Source of the DNA: Microcaecilia unicolor
Lineage: Eukaryota
DNA length: 64,000 nt
Direction of reading: 5' to 3'
NCBI RefSeq assembly: GCF_901765095.1
Contig: NC_044044.1
Span: 26,632,132-26,696,131 of the forward strand
Positions 1-12,619 of this stretch are shown piece by piece. The notes under the pieces are model-generated. The model had not been told where the DNA came from. It saw only the letters and a list, made by a program, of their open reading frames with translations, and ran no database searches. The first letter of the stretch is position 1; each line of letters opens with the position of its first letter. Both the position numbers and the translations under genes were made by a program.

Positions 1-3000
1 TTTTCTGTCTCTTTGTAGGAGCTCGCACCAGGGCCTCTGTGGCAGTCTCGGCCTTTGATCACAGTGGTCCCTTCTGTGAACGCTCCTCTCCCCCCTGCTG
101 TGCCTCAGTGCTGGGACCTCTGAACCTGCAGCTCTCTGGAAGCCCAGTCTCAGGCAGGCTGGGTTCACCCGGGGTCTCCTCACTGCCAGGGAGAATTGAG
201 GAGGAGGAGAGCTGGAATCCTGGGCTCAATGAGGTCTCTCTGGGTGAGGACTCTCCCTTTCCAGAATGTCTCACGTCTCACAGTCTAATTCGTTCCCCAG
301 CAACTCATTCTTGTCTTTCTGAGTGTGTCTCTCACTCTGTCTCTGACTGTTTGTCGCACATGCTCTTTTGAGACAACATTTCATATAGATAATTCCTATT
401 ACAGGAAAGTTCGACTATGGAGAGTCCAGGGACAACCAGCAGAACTGCTCACAGAACAACAGAGAGACTGGAGAGGGAATGAGAGGGTCCCACAACCGCT
501 CTCTCTCTGTCCCAGGAAGTGTCACTCAACAACAGTGTCTGGTAAGAGAAGGGTCTAGGCCAGTCTCAGCCACACAATCTACCTATTATATACCCTGTCA
601 GAGAGGGACATCTAATTTACCTGAGTAGATTCCTTCTGAAAAAAGAAAAAAAATGCCTCGCAAGGGTATAATATTAATTGTATCACCTGTGTGCCAGATT
701 GGGGAAGCCAGCCCCAAGCACAGGAATGGTGAGGGGGGAGGCACCCCTTTCACCCTGCCTATGATACCCCACCTTTCAAAATTTATTCTCTGCTTTTCTT
801 TGTTTCAGATTCAAGACCCGGTGACGTCCAACCCTTCCACTTCAGTCTGAATCTTTCAGTCCCGAAAGGTAATTGAAGGTCACCTGTGGTCTCTGTATCT
901 TCTTCTTCTCCCACTCCCTTGAGTATCATTTAGAGCCGCGGAAAAACGGTCTTAGCACTTGGGAAAGACCTGCGTAATGGCGCAATAAAGGCTAATTTTT
1001 ACCACAGCTTTGTAAAAGGACCCTAGAGTCATTCATTGTGCTTATATTTATCCATGTTAACATCAACAATTTAAAAAAAAAAAAAAAGCACATTTGTCAT
1101 ATTAGCACCTGCAGCTGTCCACACCATTGCTTTCGAATACTGAGCCCACAGTTTCCCCAGAGAGTTTGCACCGTTTAATATTTCTTTTTCTCCGTTGATA
1201 ATACGTCACTAAAGCTTTTGCTTGTTGGCTGAATAAAAGCGGAGCTTGAGTCCCTGAAACATTCATGTTTGCCGCTGGCGTTTGTGGAGGGCCGTATCCA
1301 GCAGTGAATTTTTAAGGGCGAAAGTCAGGAGGGCCTTTATTGAATACACTGCTCATCCCTGCCGATTCTTTCTGCATTTCAGATTATAAAGGAGGGTCGG
1401 AACGGGACTCCCACAAAGATGGAGATTCCTCCATGAAGACAGAGGTCAAACCAGGTGATATTAGCTCGATGGACAGATGGACACCTTATGGAACCAGTAC
1501 TGTACTGATTATTAGCCCAGCAGCATGGGGTCTCTCACCTCTCCAGGAGAGGTATTTTCTACCCGCTATAAAGATCCCTGAATTGATTCTGAGGGTTGAT
1601 ACTGGAGAAATCTCTTAGCTGTTACCTACAATCATCACACTTTATTACCAGATATCATACTTCTCCCAGTTTCTCCCAGAACATTACCGGTGTCCCCAAG
1701 CCCACCCCCACCCCTCAACTATGGAATGTTTCACAACTCCAGCGTGTTTCCTTGGAAGATCAAGATGTCTCTTCTGTGCTTTCTTCAAGCGTCTCCAGCT
1801 CCACTGGTGGCCTGAAACGAGACAAGGAGACCTCTTATAGCTCACGTAGATGCTCTGAGGGATATCTGTGACTCTGCCAAGCAATCTCTGAATATCCTAA
1901 TACACTCCCATTATTGCCAACCAAATATTCTCTTTCCGCCTTTCTACTGCCCCCATGCAGTATTCCCCCAACTAGAATTTCCTTCCTACTGTTCCATTGC
2001 CCTCAACCAAGAGTCCTCTGCCACACCTCTACTGCATCCAACCAATATCCATCTACCACTCCTCAATGACTCCTCAATGACCCTCTGCCACACCTCTACT
2101 GCATCCAACCAATATCCATCTACCACTCCTCAATGACCCTCAACCAAGAGTCCTCTGCCACTTTATTACTGCTCTCAAACCAATACTCTGCTGCTAGTCT
2201 TCCAGTCCCTCCAACTCAACAGATCCTCTGCTACACTCGTACTGCCCTCAAGGGGATCCCCTTGCTTCTCTGATAGATTTCAATCAATCCTGATCTCAGA
2301 AGAATGGTGTCTGACAGTCAAGTGGCATTTCAAATGTCTGTTTGCATAGAAATGAAAGACTTTGAAAGAACAAAAATTCTTCAGGATCAAAGGCAGCTAC
2401 TCCACCAATCGGACAAGAAAGATTGACCTCTGCTGGTGAAGCAATAGAAGCTTTGTTGTGTTAACCACTGTTCTCGTGTGATACCATTAGAGGGAGCCTC
2501 ATGATGTGTCACAAAGCCCTGAATTACTTTTTACTTTGCAAGGGTTCGAGAGACCGTATCCAATCTGAAGAAAACTAGATTATTGCCAGGCTGAGATGCT
2601 TTTTTATTGAATCAATAAAACATAATCTAGACTTTAGAACATATGCCCTCTTGGACAAGGAAATACCAACTGTACCTGACTGTAAGACATCTTGAATTTG
2701 GAAAAGCTATTAATTAGATTTAAAATTATAGGTGATGGTACATCTGAAGAAGGGTGAGATTGGTAGTCTGGACATTTCAAGTACAATATTATCTTTGGAC
2801 AATTTTTTTTTTATTGGTCCAATTAAAGCTATCTGAGTTTTCAAAGAATCCTTTTTTGGAAGATACGACCCAATGTAAAAACAGGTTTTCCCCATTTTAC
2901 ATCAATGGAGAAAACACTAAATATGTTTCAGCAGTGAGTAAAAAAGTGAGACCACTACATTTTTTAAAGTTTTCAAGCCAAGATATATATCTATCCACCT

Positions 3001-3446
3001 AAGCTGGGACGGTGGACTGCCTCATTTCCGGAGAGAGCATCATGGGAAATGCAGCTCAAAGGAGTCCATAGAAAGCTCTTAGCGTCCTGTTGCTTAACCC
3101 AGACTGCTATATCTGTCCTCTACCTGCAGGGGGCTGTGGGTGCAGGGGATTCACTCTATGCGTCTCCCAGAACTGGACTAATTCCGGCAGGGCGCATGGA
3201 TACAAAGGGACATCACAAAATACAATATTAACGTTTCTTATTGTTAAAAAAAAGTAAAACGGGAGGAATAAATCATGTGCCTTCAACCATAAAAGTGCTT
3301 AATAATAAAGATATATACAACAGTTCCTGGCCAAAGACCCATTTTTTAAAAATAAATCTCCACCTCAACATTATGCAGAGTTCCCAACATTCTGAATCCT
3401 CAGAGCTGCAGTTCCAGGAGACATTTTGTCCATGGAGCGTAAGTTC

Positions 3447-3478
3447 GATTATTATTATTATTATTATTATTATTATTT
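3447..3478. repeat. (ATT)n microsatellite at the LINE 3' terminus
   Basis: The sequence is attattattattattattattattattattta. Confidence 0.9.
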
Positions 3479-4059
3479 ATTGCACTTGTATCCCACATTT
3501 TCCCACCTGTTTTCAGGCTCAATGTGGCTTACAAATAACTGTAATGACATTGCCATTTCAGGGTACAAAAAACAATTGGTGTTACATAGATATTAAGAAT
3601 AACAAGGTTCACATGTCAATATAATCAAACAGTTATAGAAAGGAGACAGTCATAGTCAGGGAGTCGTGGTGGTATGTTGTGCTTAGTTATGGATTCTCGT
3701 GGTAAGCTTTAGTGAAGAGAGAGGTTTATAACGATTTGCGAAAGTTGGTTATTTCATTAATTGTTGTTAAGTATTTTGGTAGTGTGTTCCACAACTGCGA
3801 GCTCATGTAAGAAAAGCTGGAGGCATGTATTAGTTTGTATTTATTCCCTTGCAACTGGGGAAGTGTAACTGAAGAAAAGTACGGGCAGATCTTTTGGCGT
3901 TCCTGGGTGGGAGGTCCACTAGGTCGTGCATGTATGACGGGGCATCTCCGTAAATGATTTTATGAACTATCGTGCAAATCTTGAACGTGATACGTTCTTT
4001 AAGAGGGAGCCAGTGTAACTTCTCTCTTAGGGGTTTTGCACTTTCATATTTTGTTTTTC

Positions 4060-4262
4060 CAAATATTTTTTTTTTTTTTATTTTTGTTACATTTTTACCC
4101 CGCGCTTTCCCACTCATGGCAGGCTCAACGCGGCTTACATGGGGCAATGGAGGGTTAAGTCACTTGCCCAGAGTCACAAGGAGCTGCCTGTGACTGAAGT
4201 GGGAATCAAACTCAGTTCCCCAGGACCAAAGTCCACCACCCTAACCACTAGGCCACTCCTCC
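4060..4262 (-). mobile_element. tRNA-derived SINE with a MIR-like core, nested inside the L2-like LINE
   Basis: The reverse complement begins ggagtggcctagtggttagggtggtggactttggtcctggggaactgagtttgattccc (A-box and B-box like). Its core, gtgactctgggcaagtgacttaacc, resembles the MIR core. Its tail, gtaagccgcgttgagcctgccatgagtgggaaagcgcggggtaaaaatgtaacaaaaa(A)n, is followed by poly-A. It splits the LINE ORF2 between ...NTAARLI and ...LHWLPLK. Confidence 0.75.
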
Positions 4263-4699
4263 ACTCCACTATGAGTCTGGCTGCGGTGTTTTGGGTGGTT
4301 TGAAGTTTCTTGATGATCTGTTCTTTACATCCAGCGTAAAGTGCATTGCAGTAGTCCAGGTGACTTAGTACCATCGATTGTACCAGATTTCGGAAAACGG
4401 CCCTTGGGAAGAAAGGTTTTACTCTTTTGAGTTTCCGCATGGAGTGGAACATTTTCTTAGTTGTATTCGTCAAGTGGCTTTCAAGTGTGAGATGTCGATC
4501 TATGGTAACTCCAAGAATTTCCATGGGTGCTTATCTGCGATGTGTAACTTATTTTTATTCTGTGGCCTTGCTGCAGGGATCGGTGAGAGCTTTTATTTCT
4601 TTCTATATGTCTCGTAGTTTTTTGCTTTATGGGTTTTGTATTTTCCCACACGTTTGTTAAAGTTTCAAGTTTATTAAACGTTTGATATATCGCCCAGGG

Positions 4700-5290
4700 C
4701 AATGATCTTCTCAGCGGTGTACATTTAAAACAAATAAATTAAATAAGGAACACTAAAAATCAGATAGGAAAGAATAAAAACCTACCAACCAGGAATTCTA
4801 CTAGATTATCACGCAGGTTCCTGAATCTCCACTACCCCAACTGCAAAGGACTAAAATACAAATCAACATATGCATCCGGTTTCTCCTATGTAAGCACGCA
4901 AATATGGAACGAATTACCAAAATCCATAAAAACAACGCATGACCTAAATAATTTCCGAAAATTACTGAAAACCAATCTATTCAATAAGGCATACCACAAA
5001 GATCCAACCAAACTACCACTAACAAAATTTACACCAGAATTACACCAATCGTAACTCTTTATTCCTGATTGTTCGAGCTAATCTATCACGATTGAAGTTT
5101 AATCCAATACCTTTTATTACTTATTATGAAAATGAACTTTCTTTATCTGACTACCTAATCCGCTCTGTTACCTCCATTTTACTATGTAGTTCTCTTTTCC
5201 GGAATTGGTGGTCACCATTACTGAACAATGTAAGCCACATTGAGCCTGCAAATAGGTGGGAAAATGTGGGATACAAATGCTACAAATAAA
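4700..5290 (+). mobile_element. L2-like LINE 3' fragment (ORF2 C-terminus plus 3' UTR), lying head-to-head with the 3443-4700 copy
   Basis: It translates to ...LPTRNSTRLSRRFLNLHYPNCKGLKYKSTYASGFSYVSTQIWNELPKSIKTTHDLNNFRKLLKTNLFNKAYHKD, the canonical L2 ORF2 C-terminus. The 3' tail is tgtaagccacattgagcctgcaaataggtgggaaaatgtgggatacaaatgctacaaataaataa. Confidence 0.7.
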
Positions 5291-5639
5291 TAACTAAAGC
5301 AAGACAACATGCAAAGAGCCAATCACACTTCTCATATCTCACATTTCACAGTCGACATCCAATACAGGCAGCCCCAGTCCCCCGCCAGTAGATCAGCGAA
5401 TAGCACAGGGGAAAAGCAATTATAGCCTGCAAGCTACACCCCCAAAGTCATCTTGGAATAGATAAGTTTTAAGTAATATCTTAAACACTACTAGAGAACC
5501 CTTCAGTCGAGGATATAAAGGCATGGTATTCCAAACAAAAAACCAGACCAGCTATACTAAACATACATACACTCTGTTACTAATGAACGTCAACGCAACA
5601 CCACTTCGTGTTGCCATAAGGAACTTCTATATTTGACTG

Positions 5640-5800
5640 TCTAACTGAACCCATATTTCACTCTATCAGCTATGAACTTTAATACAATACCACTATTTAA
5701 CTCTCATCTCGGGAACGGCGATCACCATGACGGCATACTGTAAGCCACATTGAGCCTGCAAATAGGTGGGAAAATGTGGGATACAAACGCAACAAATAAA
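5640..5800 (+). mobile_element. Solo 3' UTR/tail fragment of the same L2-like LINE family
   Basis: It ends in the same tail, ...ctgtaagccacattgagcctgcaaataggtgggaaaatgtgggatacaaacgcaacaaataaa. Confidence 0.55.
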
Positions 5801-8539
5801 CATCTTAGCTCGTATTGTTTCAAGACTAAAGATTCGGAAAGACAGAACCACCAACTGATTCTGAGGAGCAGACCGTAAAGATCATACAGGTGTATAGAAG
5901 GTCAGCAGGTCCGCAAATGGAATGCCTGTAGAGTAGACCCTCAATATCAAGCAACAAATTTTTTAGCGGATCCGATAAAGAACATGAAACCAATGCTCAT
6001 TAAGTAAAAGAAGGGTTATATGATCAATCTTCCCAGAATTAGTTAGTAACTGATTTGCCGTATTTTGGACCACTTACAATCATTTAATCTCATTTTGATG
6101 AATACCATTATAAAGGGCATTGCAGTAGTCAAGTTGTGTAATGACTATAGAGTGTATGAGTACCCAAAGAGCCAAAAGGGAAAAAAAAAAGATTACGAAC
6201 TGAATAAATCATGCACAGTTTATAAAAACTACGCTGAACAACCTGAGACATCTGTGAATTAAAAGTCAAGTTTTGGTCAAATAGTACACCCAAGATCTTA
6301 ACTGTCAGACCAAAGATAATCACGTGACCTGCCATAAATAGCATTTACATTCTAATTGTACTTTGCCATGGGAAGGTTTATCTAGCTTGGCAGATGCTAA
6401 ACGTTCATTAGTAAAAGACTCGTTAGAGCTTTGCATTCACGTACGAAGCCGGCAGTTTGATACTTGCTTCTGAAGCTGTGTACAGCAAACCAAAAGATTT
6501 CAATGAATTCCTATTGCTTAAAGCTAAGTATTGCTATCAAACAACATTTTGCAATTGGCTGAGCTCAGAGTAGTCGGTAACTGGTAGAGCACCTACCTCA
6601 ATATAATAGCACAGCAAATGTGGAAGAGAAAATAGCTGCTTGGTGTTTCCTCCCCACATTGTCTCTTATAAATTCTTTCTTTCCGAGAAACTCTTCCAAT
6701 AAGGGCAACAGAGGTATTGCCTTTCATAAGTTGCTCTTTTTCTCCATTTGGCTCTCATCGGAAAACCATGAAACACAGCTTTTTCCTTACTGCTTTCCGC
6801 TCCAGTTATCCTCTGGGAGATATCACTCACAGCCTTTCTCTAGACTCCGGCCCTAGGAATTCACACACACATTGGGGATTAGAAATAATGGACAGGTGGA
6901 TTAAATTAATTCACCAAGAGTCTCTGTCTCACACACACCTAGGGATTAGAACGCAGAGCTCCTAACAAAGGAGAAATTCTTTTGCCGTGGATTTATAGGC
7001 AACCTGATAAGCCAGTGATGTGCATCAGCAGCAAATTTCATCATATCAGGCTTAAAGCAAGAGGGAAGATGTCTTCACACAATTTGGAAGTTGACGTCTT
7101 ATGACAAATAGGGAAGAGTGGGTCAGAAAAGAATTAGATACATTTACAGAGGACACGGGCTGTGTTATGTGTCAGGTAAGGACTGGGAGGTCAGTGCATC
7201 CCGGACCCAGATTTGCTAGTTATGTCCAATAAAAAAGGTATCATCTTATTTTCTTTTCCATGTTTTATTTTGTTTGATTTCTATTGATAACCTTTAAGAG
7301 TGGACTAACACGGCTACCACACCTCTCTACTAGGTCTTTCTACTGGCAGAAAGTGAGAGGGATAGACTGCATGCCGCTATTTCTTGCACAGCCCTGTAAG
7401 CACCCACTGTTTGTCACAGTCAGATGCAAAGACTGAGACCCTTTTGTGTGGCCCATTGTGAGGGTTCATTTGTTCTGAATACAGTTGGCCAGAATTATGT
7501 ATTTATTTAACAAATTTCTATCTTGTGTTATCTATAAAATCTAAGCAGGTTACAATCAAATATAAAATCAAGACATACTAAATCAAACAACATTCATTTA
7601 AGAAAACAATTAAAATAAGCTCAGTGCATTCTTGGAAATCATTTTATGTTGTCTGGTCTTGCTTGGTAACTTGCTTTCTCCTTTCTTGTCTTTGGACTAC
7701 AGATATTTTGTAAGATAAATGTGCATTTTGGATGAAAATTGCTCTCATGAATGTACTTGCTACACATCATTACTAAATGAGTGTTTTGAAAGACTCTGAT
7801 TATACTGCAAGACCTTGTTTTACTCATAGCAGGGGTTCAAGGCTAGGTAAATTCTGAGGACTTTTTTTTCTCCTTGTTTAATTTATATGTCACTCTAGTG
7901 GGTGTGGATTGTAATATTCTTTATCATTTTCTCCTTCATGGCCAATGTGGAAAGGGAAAACCTGGACCAAAGGTGTCTGAAACTAGCAGACAACATGAGA
8001 AATTAACTTTTCACACATCTTCCCTGCTAGCCCAGAAGTCCAGGATTTCATGGCATGGAAAAAAATATGTGCAAAAAGATAGAACTGGAGGACCAGATCA
8101 TGAAACCCTAAAAATTTAGGATTTGTTTCAGAATTCAGCAGGAATCATCACTTTAAATTTAATTTGGATAGATTACCGATGATCCTTGTGATGGATTTTA
8201 CGCGCCCAGTTGGATAGATTACCGATGATCCTTGTGATGGAATTTACGTGCCAGCCTTTTGAAGACCCTTCTTCAGACCCATAAATTCTAGGGATGGACC
8301 ATCATTTGCAAGATGGAGGAAAAGTCAATGACATATCCTATGTCATTACCAAATAAAAACGAACAGAAAAAATATGACATGTTGAGTTTTGTCATTTGCA
8401 CTATTTCAGAAAGAGGGTACACTCTTTTCTGATAGTGGAACAGCCACGCATGAGCCATTGCTCATCCACAGACTAGTGCATATGAGTGGACTTGTGTGGG
8501 CATGTGTGCCCTATCAGGAAAAGAGTGTGCCCTCTTTGG

Positions 8540-9110
8540 CCACTTTTCACATACCTTGTTTCCCCGAAAATAAGACACCGTCTTATATTAATTTTTGCCC
8601 CCCAAAATGCGCTAGGTCTTATTTTCAGGGGCTGTCTTATTTTTCGGGGAAACATCGGGGTTGGATCGGGGTTGGCCCGCCCGCCCTCCGTCGCTCCCGG
8701 AACTAACCTTAAACGCCTCCTTTCACCTTCGCAGCAAGCAGCAGCAAGGCAGGCCACTCCTTCCTTCCGTGTCCCGCTCTCGCTTGATGTAACGTCCGCG
8801 AGGGCTGGGCACGGAAGGAAGGAGAGGTCTGCCCTGCTGCTGCTTGCTGCGAAGGTGAAAGGAGGCGTTTAAGGTTAGTTCCGGGAGCGACGGAGGGAGG
8901 GTGGAGGGGGGGCCCGGCGACCTCGGGTGGGGTGGGGGGGGCGGCCTGGGGGCGGCCTTGTCCGACTCTCGGCGGCCCTGCTTTCAAACAAAAATTTGCT
9001 AGGTCTTACTTTTGGGGGAGGCCTTATACCTACCAATTCAGGAAAACCTCTAGGTCTTATTTTCGGGGGATGTCTTACTTTCGGGGAAACAGGGTAGTGC
9101 GCACTATTTT
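8540..9110. repeat. GC-rich foldback element: a perfect inverted repeat of about 50 bp (8697-8760 against 8825-8885) flanked by sub-terminal inverted and direct repeats of gtcttattttcgggg
   Basis: ccggaactaaccttaaacgcctcctttcaccttcgcagcaagcagcagca is exactly reverse-complemented about 65 bp downstream. gtttccccgaaaataagacacc at 8561 pairs with ctgtcttatttttcggggaaaca at 8632. Related motifs recur at 9040-9100. Overlapping ORFs on both strands are artefacts. Confidence 0.7.
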
Positions 9111-9959
9111 AAGTGAATGACAGCGCAACAAATGGACAAACGAAAACAAAATAAAAATTCCCATAAATGAAATCCTAAATGACACAAAAACATTTTCTGG
9201 TTACCTATACTTAATAAATTCAGAAACTAGGAATATCGCAATATGGAAAACAAAAGACCAAAAACTCTTTCATGGAATAAACCCAGAACTTTAGGTAAAA
9301 AGGATCTGGAATGATTAACGCCTTGTCTACGCTTTCTGACCTACAATACGATGAAGCCACCATTGAGGAGAGGTCATTATTCAAATAATGGGCACCATTT
9401 TGTTTCTGTTTTAATCTCGACATTAGGAACCAAACCGGTGGACAGCACTAGTAATGTCTATAGATTTCACAAGACAGAATTTGGTTTTTTTTTTTTTTGT
9501 CAAAATAAGCTGTTTTTCAACATTTTGTTTTATTTAATAGTTTAATTCTCCTGAAGAAGCCATCTGTGAAACAGGTCCCCATCAGGACCTTAGCCAATTC
9601 TAAGAAAGAATTGAAGCATTGCATAGTGAGCGCAACTGACATTATTACCTGAAGATTTGATGGTGCTGTTAACCTCTTATTCAGTGAAGTTACATTGTTG
9701 TGCGTCCAAAGTTAAGTGTGATTTTCATTTTTGATACTTGGTAGACACTATAGAGGAGAATTAAAGTTTTGATATTATTGAAGATATCAAACAATTTTTG
9801 GAGGTTTTTAGACCTATGATTATGTTTTGACTGAGTACAATGTTGAGTGGCTACATGTAAATTTGAGCCTCAGTATCATTGATAATGGTCTTTATGAGGT
9901 CTTTTCCTCCTTATTTTTGAAAAGGTCATATATATTTCCTGAATTTTTCCAGAAATTCA

Positions 9960-10297
9960 CCAGTGTGTATCTTAGGTTGAAAGGTGACCAATGATCCATC
10001 TAGACTAACTTTATTTTCATCAATTAAAAGCTCTCTTTGTGTGGCTCCATAGGTATATATATTTGGGTGAGTTGGAAGATCACCAATGGTCCATCAAGAC
10101 TAATTATCCTTTCATTGACTAATAGCTCTGTGTGATTCTATAGGTACAAAGTTGGGAAGGAATGATGACCAACAGTCCATTCAGATTTTCTTTTCATTAA
10201 CTAACAGCTCGCTCTATGTGGTTCCATAGGTGTATGGATGGGTGGGTTGGAAGATGACCAGTGGTCCATCCAGTCTAATTTTCTGTTCATTGACTAA

Positions 10298-10344
<47 letters not shown>

Positions 10345-10620
10345 GGTTCTATAAGTAAAAGGTTGGGTAGGTTGGAAGAAGACCACTCCAGGCCAACTTT
10401 CTTTTCTTTGATTGACAACTCTATGTTGTTACCATAGATTGAAAGTTGAGTAGTTTGGAAGATGAGCAAACATCCACGCAGACCAAATTTCTTTTCATTT
10501 ACTAACTACTCTCTCTCTCTATGTGGTTCCATAGGTTGAAAGTTGAGTAGGTTGGAAGAAGACCAAAGGTCCGTCCAGACCACCTTTCTTTTCACTGACT
10601 AACAGCTCTCTCTGTATAGT
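9960..10620. repeat. Minisatellite with a unit of about 80 bp and about 8 degenerate copies, containing a (CT)18 run at 10306-10342
   Basis: The unit ...gttggaagat(c/g)accaatggtccatc(a/c)agactaat..ttcattgactaa.agctct..gtg.ttc(c/t)ataggt... is repeated. Confidence 0.8.
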
Positions 10621-11439
10621 CTTATACGTAGAGGATTGGGTAAGATAGAAATATACCAAAGTTCAACTGAGTACATATTTCTTCTTTTGTCCTAAGAGCT
10701 AATTCTACTTGGTTACACAGTTACACATAATTGTTCAGACCAGTTTCTTTGTTGAAACGTGTTAAAAGTTAATTGTGCCTACAGCCCTGTGTTTTGCAAT
10801 CTTGGCTCCCCTGTAGAATAGCTCAGAACACTCTGAACTTTAATGAGACTACTAGACTAATTTTCCACCAGGGAAGCAAAATAAGAAGGGCATTAAAGTT
10901 TACAGATGAGCTACAGATCAAAAAACCTTTAGAGCGAATTCTCACCAGACTTTTGATAGCAAGGATGTGACAAAAGTTCATGAGTGTTTTATCCCTGAAA
11001 ATGCACAATTCGAAAAGTATTCTCAGGGAATAGGGGATTCTTTGCCAGGAACTTTCCATAGCAAGCAGGTTGCATAGTCACTGAGTCACAAGCTGACTTC
11101 AGAACTGCTTTTTGACCAGTGACTCTCCAATCCAACTGCAGTTGCATGCGGTAAATCCATCAAGTCTTCAGTAATACCAAAGAAACACAAGGCACCAGCC
11201 CCCTCCTGCCAGATGCTGTGCTATAAGCAGAGATGCTCACAGTGACTAGCAAACTCAAAGCAGGGAGAGGACGCATCTCCTTAATGAGGACAGCAGCAAG
11301 GAAAGGACAACACTGCTACAGGTTCTGAAGCACAGGGGTACGTTTATTAACTCTCTCCTGTTAGCCCAGCTGAAGATTCGCTCAGATGTGAGAGGATGTA
11401 GCCACAAGTAAGGAACAATGAAGCTGGCTACAATTAAGA

Positions 11440-11800
11440 GTAAGGTGGTAGTAAGATGGAAGTAAGGTGGTAGTAAGCTGGGAGTAAGGTGGCAATAAAG
11501 GAGGAGTAAGGTGGTTATAACCTGGGAGTGAGGTGGTCATAAAGACAGATCAAGGTGGTAGTGCTGAGATGAACATAAAGTGGTAGTAAAGCTGGAGCAC
11601 AGTCTAATAAGTTGGGAGCAACATGTTAGTATACCAAGAGTAAAGTGGTGGTAGCCTGGGCATGGGTCCAAATTGAACTAAATATAAGCAGCAAGCAGGA
11701 TAGTAGAGATGTAAGCACATATGAAGGAGGGGAGACAGTGCTAGGGCATCAGTAAAGCAAAGTAACGTAGTAGTAAAGCTGTAGTGAGGTGTAATTCATT
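11440..11800. repeat. Degenerate minisatellite with a unit of about 20-22 bp (gtaaggtggtagtaagctgggag-like), lying just 3' of TPPP2
   Basis: Visible periodic units include agtaaggtggtagtaagatggaagtaaggtggtagtaagctgggagtaaggtggcaataaagg... Confidence 0.7.
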
Positions 11801-11984
11801 TCTTTGTTTTCTCGTCAAATGTGCCAGCTCCCTTGTAGGCACCCACATAGCCAGTGTTACTGACCATTTCCTCACGCCCCGACATGCCTTTGCCCTTCCC
11901 ACTTTCATCAAATCTCTCCTTGTGCGAGCCAGTATACTTCGAAGTATCTGTGAGTCGGTCCACACCACCCACGGCCACTGCTTT
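11796..11984 (-). CDS. TPPP2: TPPP2-like terminal coding exon, encoding [62 protein letters not shown]
   Basis: The acceptor ttctttcag|AAA is in phase 0. The C-terminus is near-identical to the TPPP2 family as I recall it ([14 protein letters not shown](T/S)[13 protein letters not shown]...GREEM..NTGYV..YKG.GT.D.KTK). The assembled protein is 171 aa, against 170 aa for human TPPP2. Confidence 0.85.
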   Translation of the reverse strand, partial: KAVAVGGVDRLTDTSKYTGSHKERFDESGKGKGMSGREEMVSNTGYVGAYKGAGTFDEKTKK

Positions 11985-12039
11985 CTGAAAGAACACAGCA
12001 AAATGAAAAGTTAGTTACTGAGAAAACTAGCACTGGGAA

Positions 12040-12430
12040 ATAAAGATCAGTCTTGTAGAGGGTGCTCCCATGGAGATAGTGCCAGTAACTGTCCTGTCTA
12101 GGTCTAGTGTCTGCAACTCTTCTTCCTGTAGGGGGCACCCTGGGAACAGTGCCTCTAACTCTTCTCCCTCCTATAGGGGGAATTCCCAGGAACTTTATCC
12201 TCCTTTCTTCTGCACGGAGCACGTGTGAGGATAAGGTTCCTTCTGCAAAGGGCACCCCGGAGGACAATGACTTTAAATTGTTCTTTCTCTCCTGCAGGGG
12301 GAGACACCTATGGGGTGCTCCTCTAGGAACAGTGGCTGTAACTCTCCTACTTCTCCTGTAACTCTTCCCTATCCTGCAGGAGGCACCCAGGAATCTAATA
12401 TCTCTCCTTCCTCTTGGGGGGGATTGTGAT
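12040..12430. repeat. Tandem repeat of about 60 bp in TPPP2 intron 2 (cctgtagggggcaccctgggaacagtgcctctaactcttc...)
   Basis: About 6 degenerate copies are present. This accounts for the 260-aa minus-strand ORF 11908..12690, which merely reads through exon 2 into the intron. Confidence 0.7.
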
Positions 12431-12465
12431 GTCCTGGTGTTTGCATCTCCAGGTCCTGCTCTCAC

Positions 12466-12619
12466 CGTTATCCCTGTGCTGCTTGGTTGCCGGCCTATCA
12501 CCATCTTGCTAATGGATTCGAAGGCGTCCTGAGATGGCTGCCCTTTAAACCTCTTGGCCGATAGCTCCTTCAAGGCCGCCACAAACTCTTCAAAAGTGAG
12601 ATTCCGTGCACCCTTGGTC
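12466..12619 (-). CDS. TPPP2: TPPP2-like coding exon 2, encoding (K)TKGARNLTFEEFVAALKELSAKRFKGQPSQDAFESISKMVIGRQPSSTGIT
   Basis: The acceptor is ...tgtgctttcag|G and the donor is ACG|GTGAGA. The split Lys codon is completed from exon 1. The KVKxKxARxxTFxxF and KRFKG motifs are characteristic of the TPPP family. Confidence 0.8.

Larger units (their letters stand above)
3443..4700 (-). mobile_element. L2-like (CR1/L2 clade) LINE, 5'-truncated copy. It contains the ORF2 RT C-terminal region and 3' UTR, interrupted by a nested SINE.
   Basis: Minus-strand ORFs translate to LGVTIDRHLTLESH...VLSHLDYCNALYAG...LQTTQNTAARLI and ...LHWLPLKERITFKI...APSYMHDLV...PRNAKRS. These motifs are characteristic of L2/CR1 ORF2. 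The 3' UTR ends ...tgtaagccacattgagcctgaaaacaggtgggaaaatgtgggatacaagtgcaataaata(ATT)n at 3545-3443. Confidence 0.7.

Noticed and set aside
802-868. Exon-like segment with acceptor ttgtttcag|ATTCAAG and donor AAAG|GTAATTG. A second one lies at 1382-1455 (ttctgcatttcag| … CCAG|GTGATA, containing ccATGAag)
   Set aside because: They have good splice consensus, but the open frames are very short, I recognise no homology, and there is no partner exon in the window. They are possibly UTR exons of an upstream gene and too weak to call.
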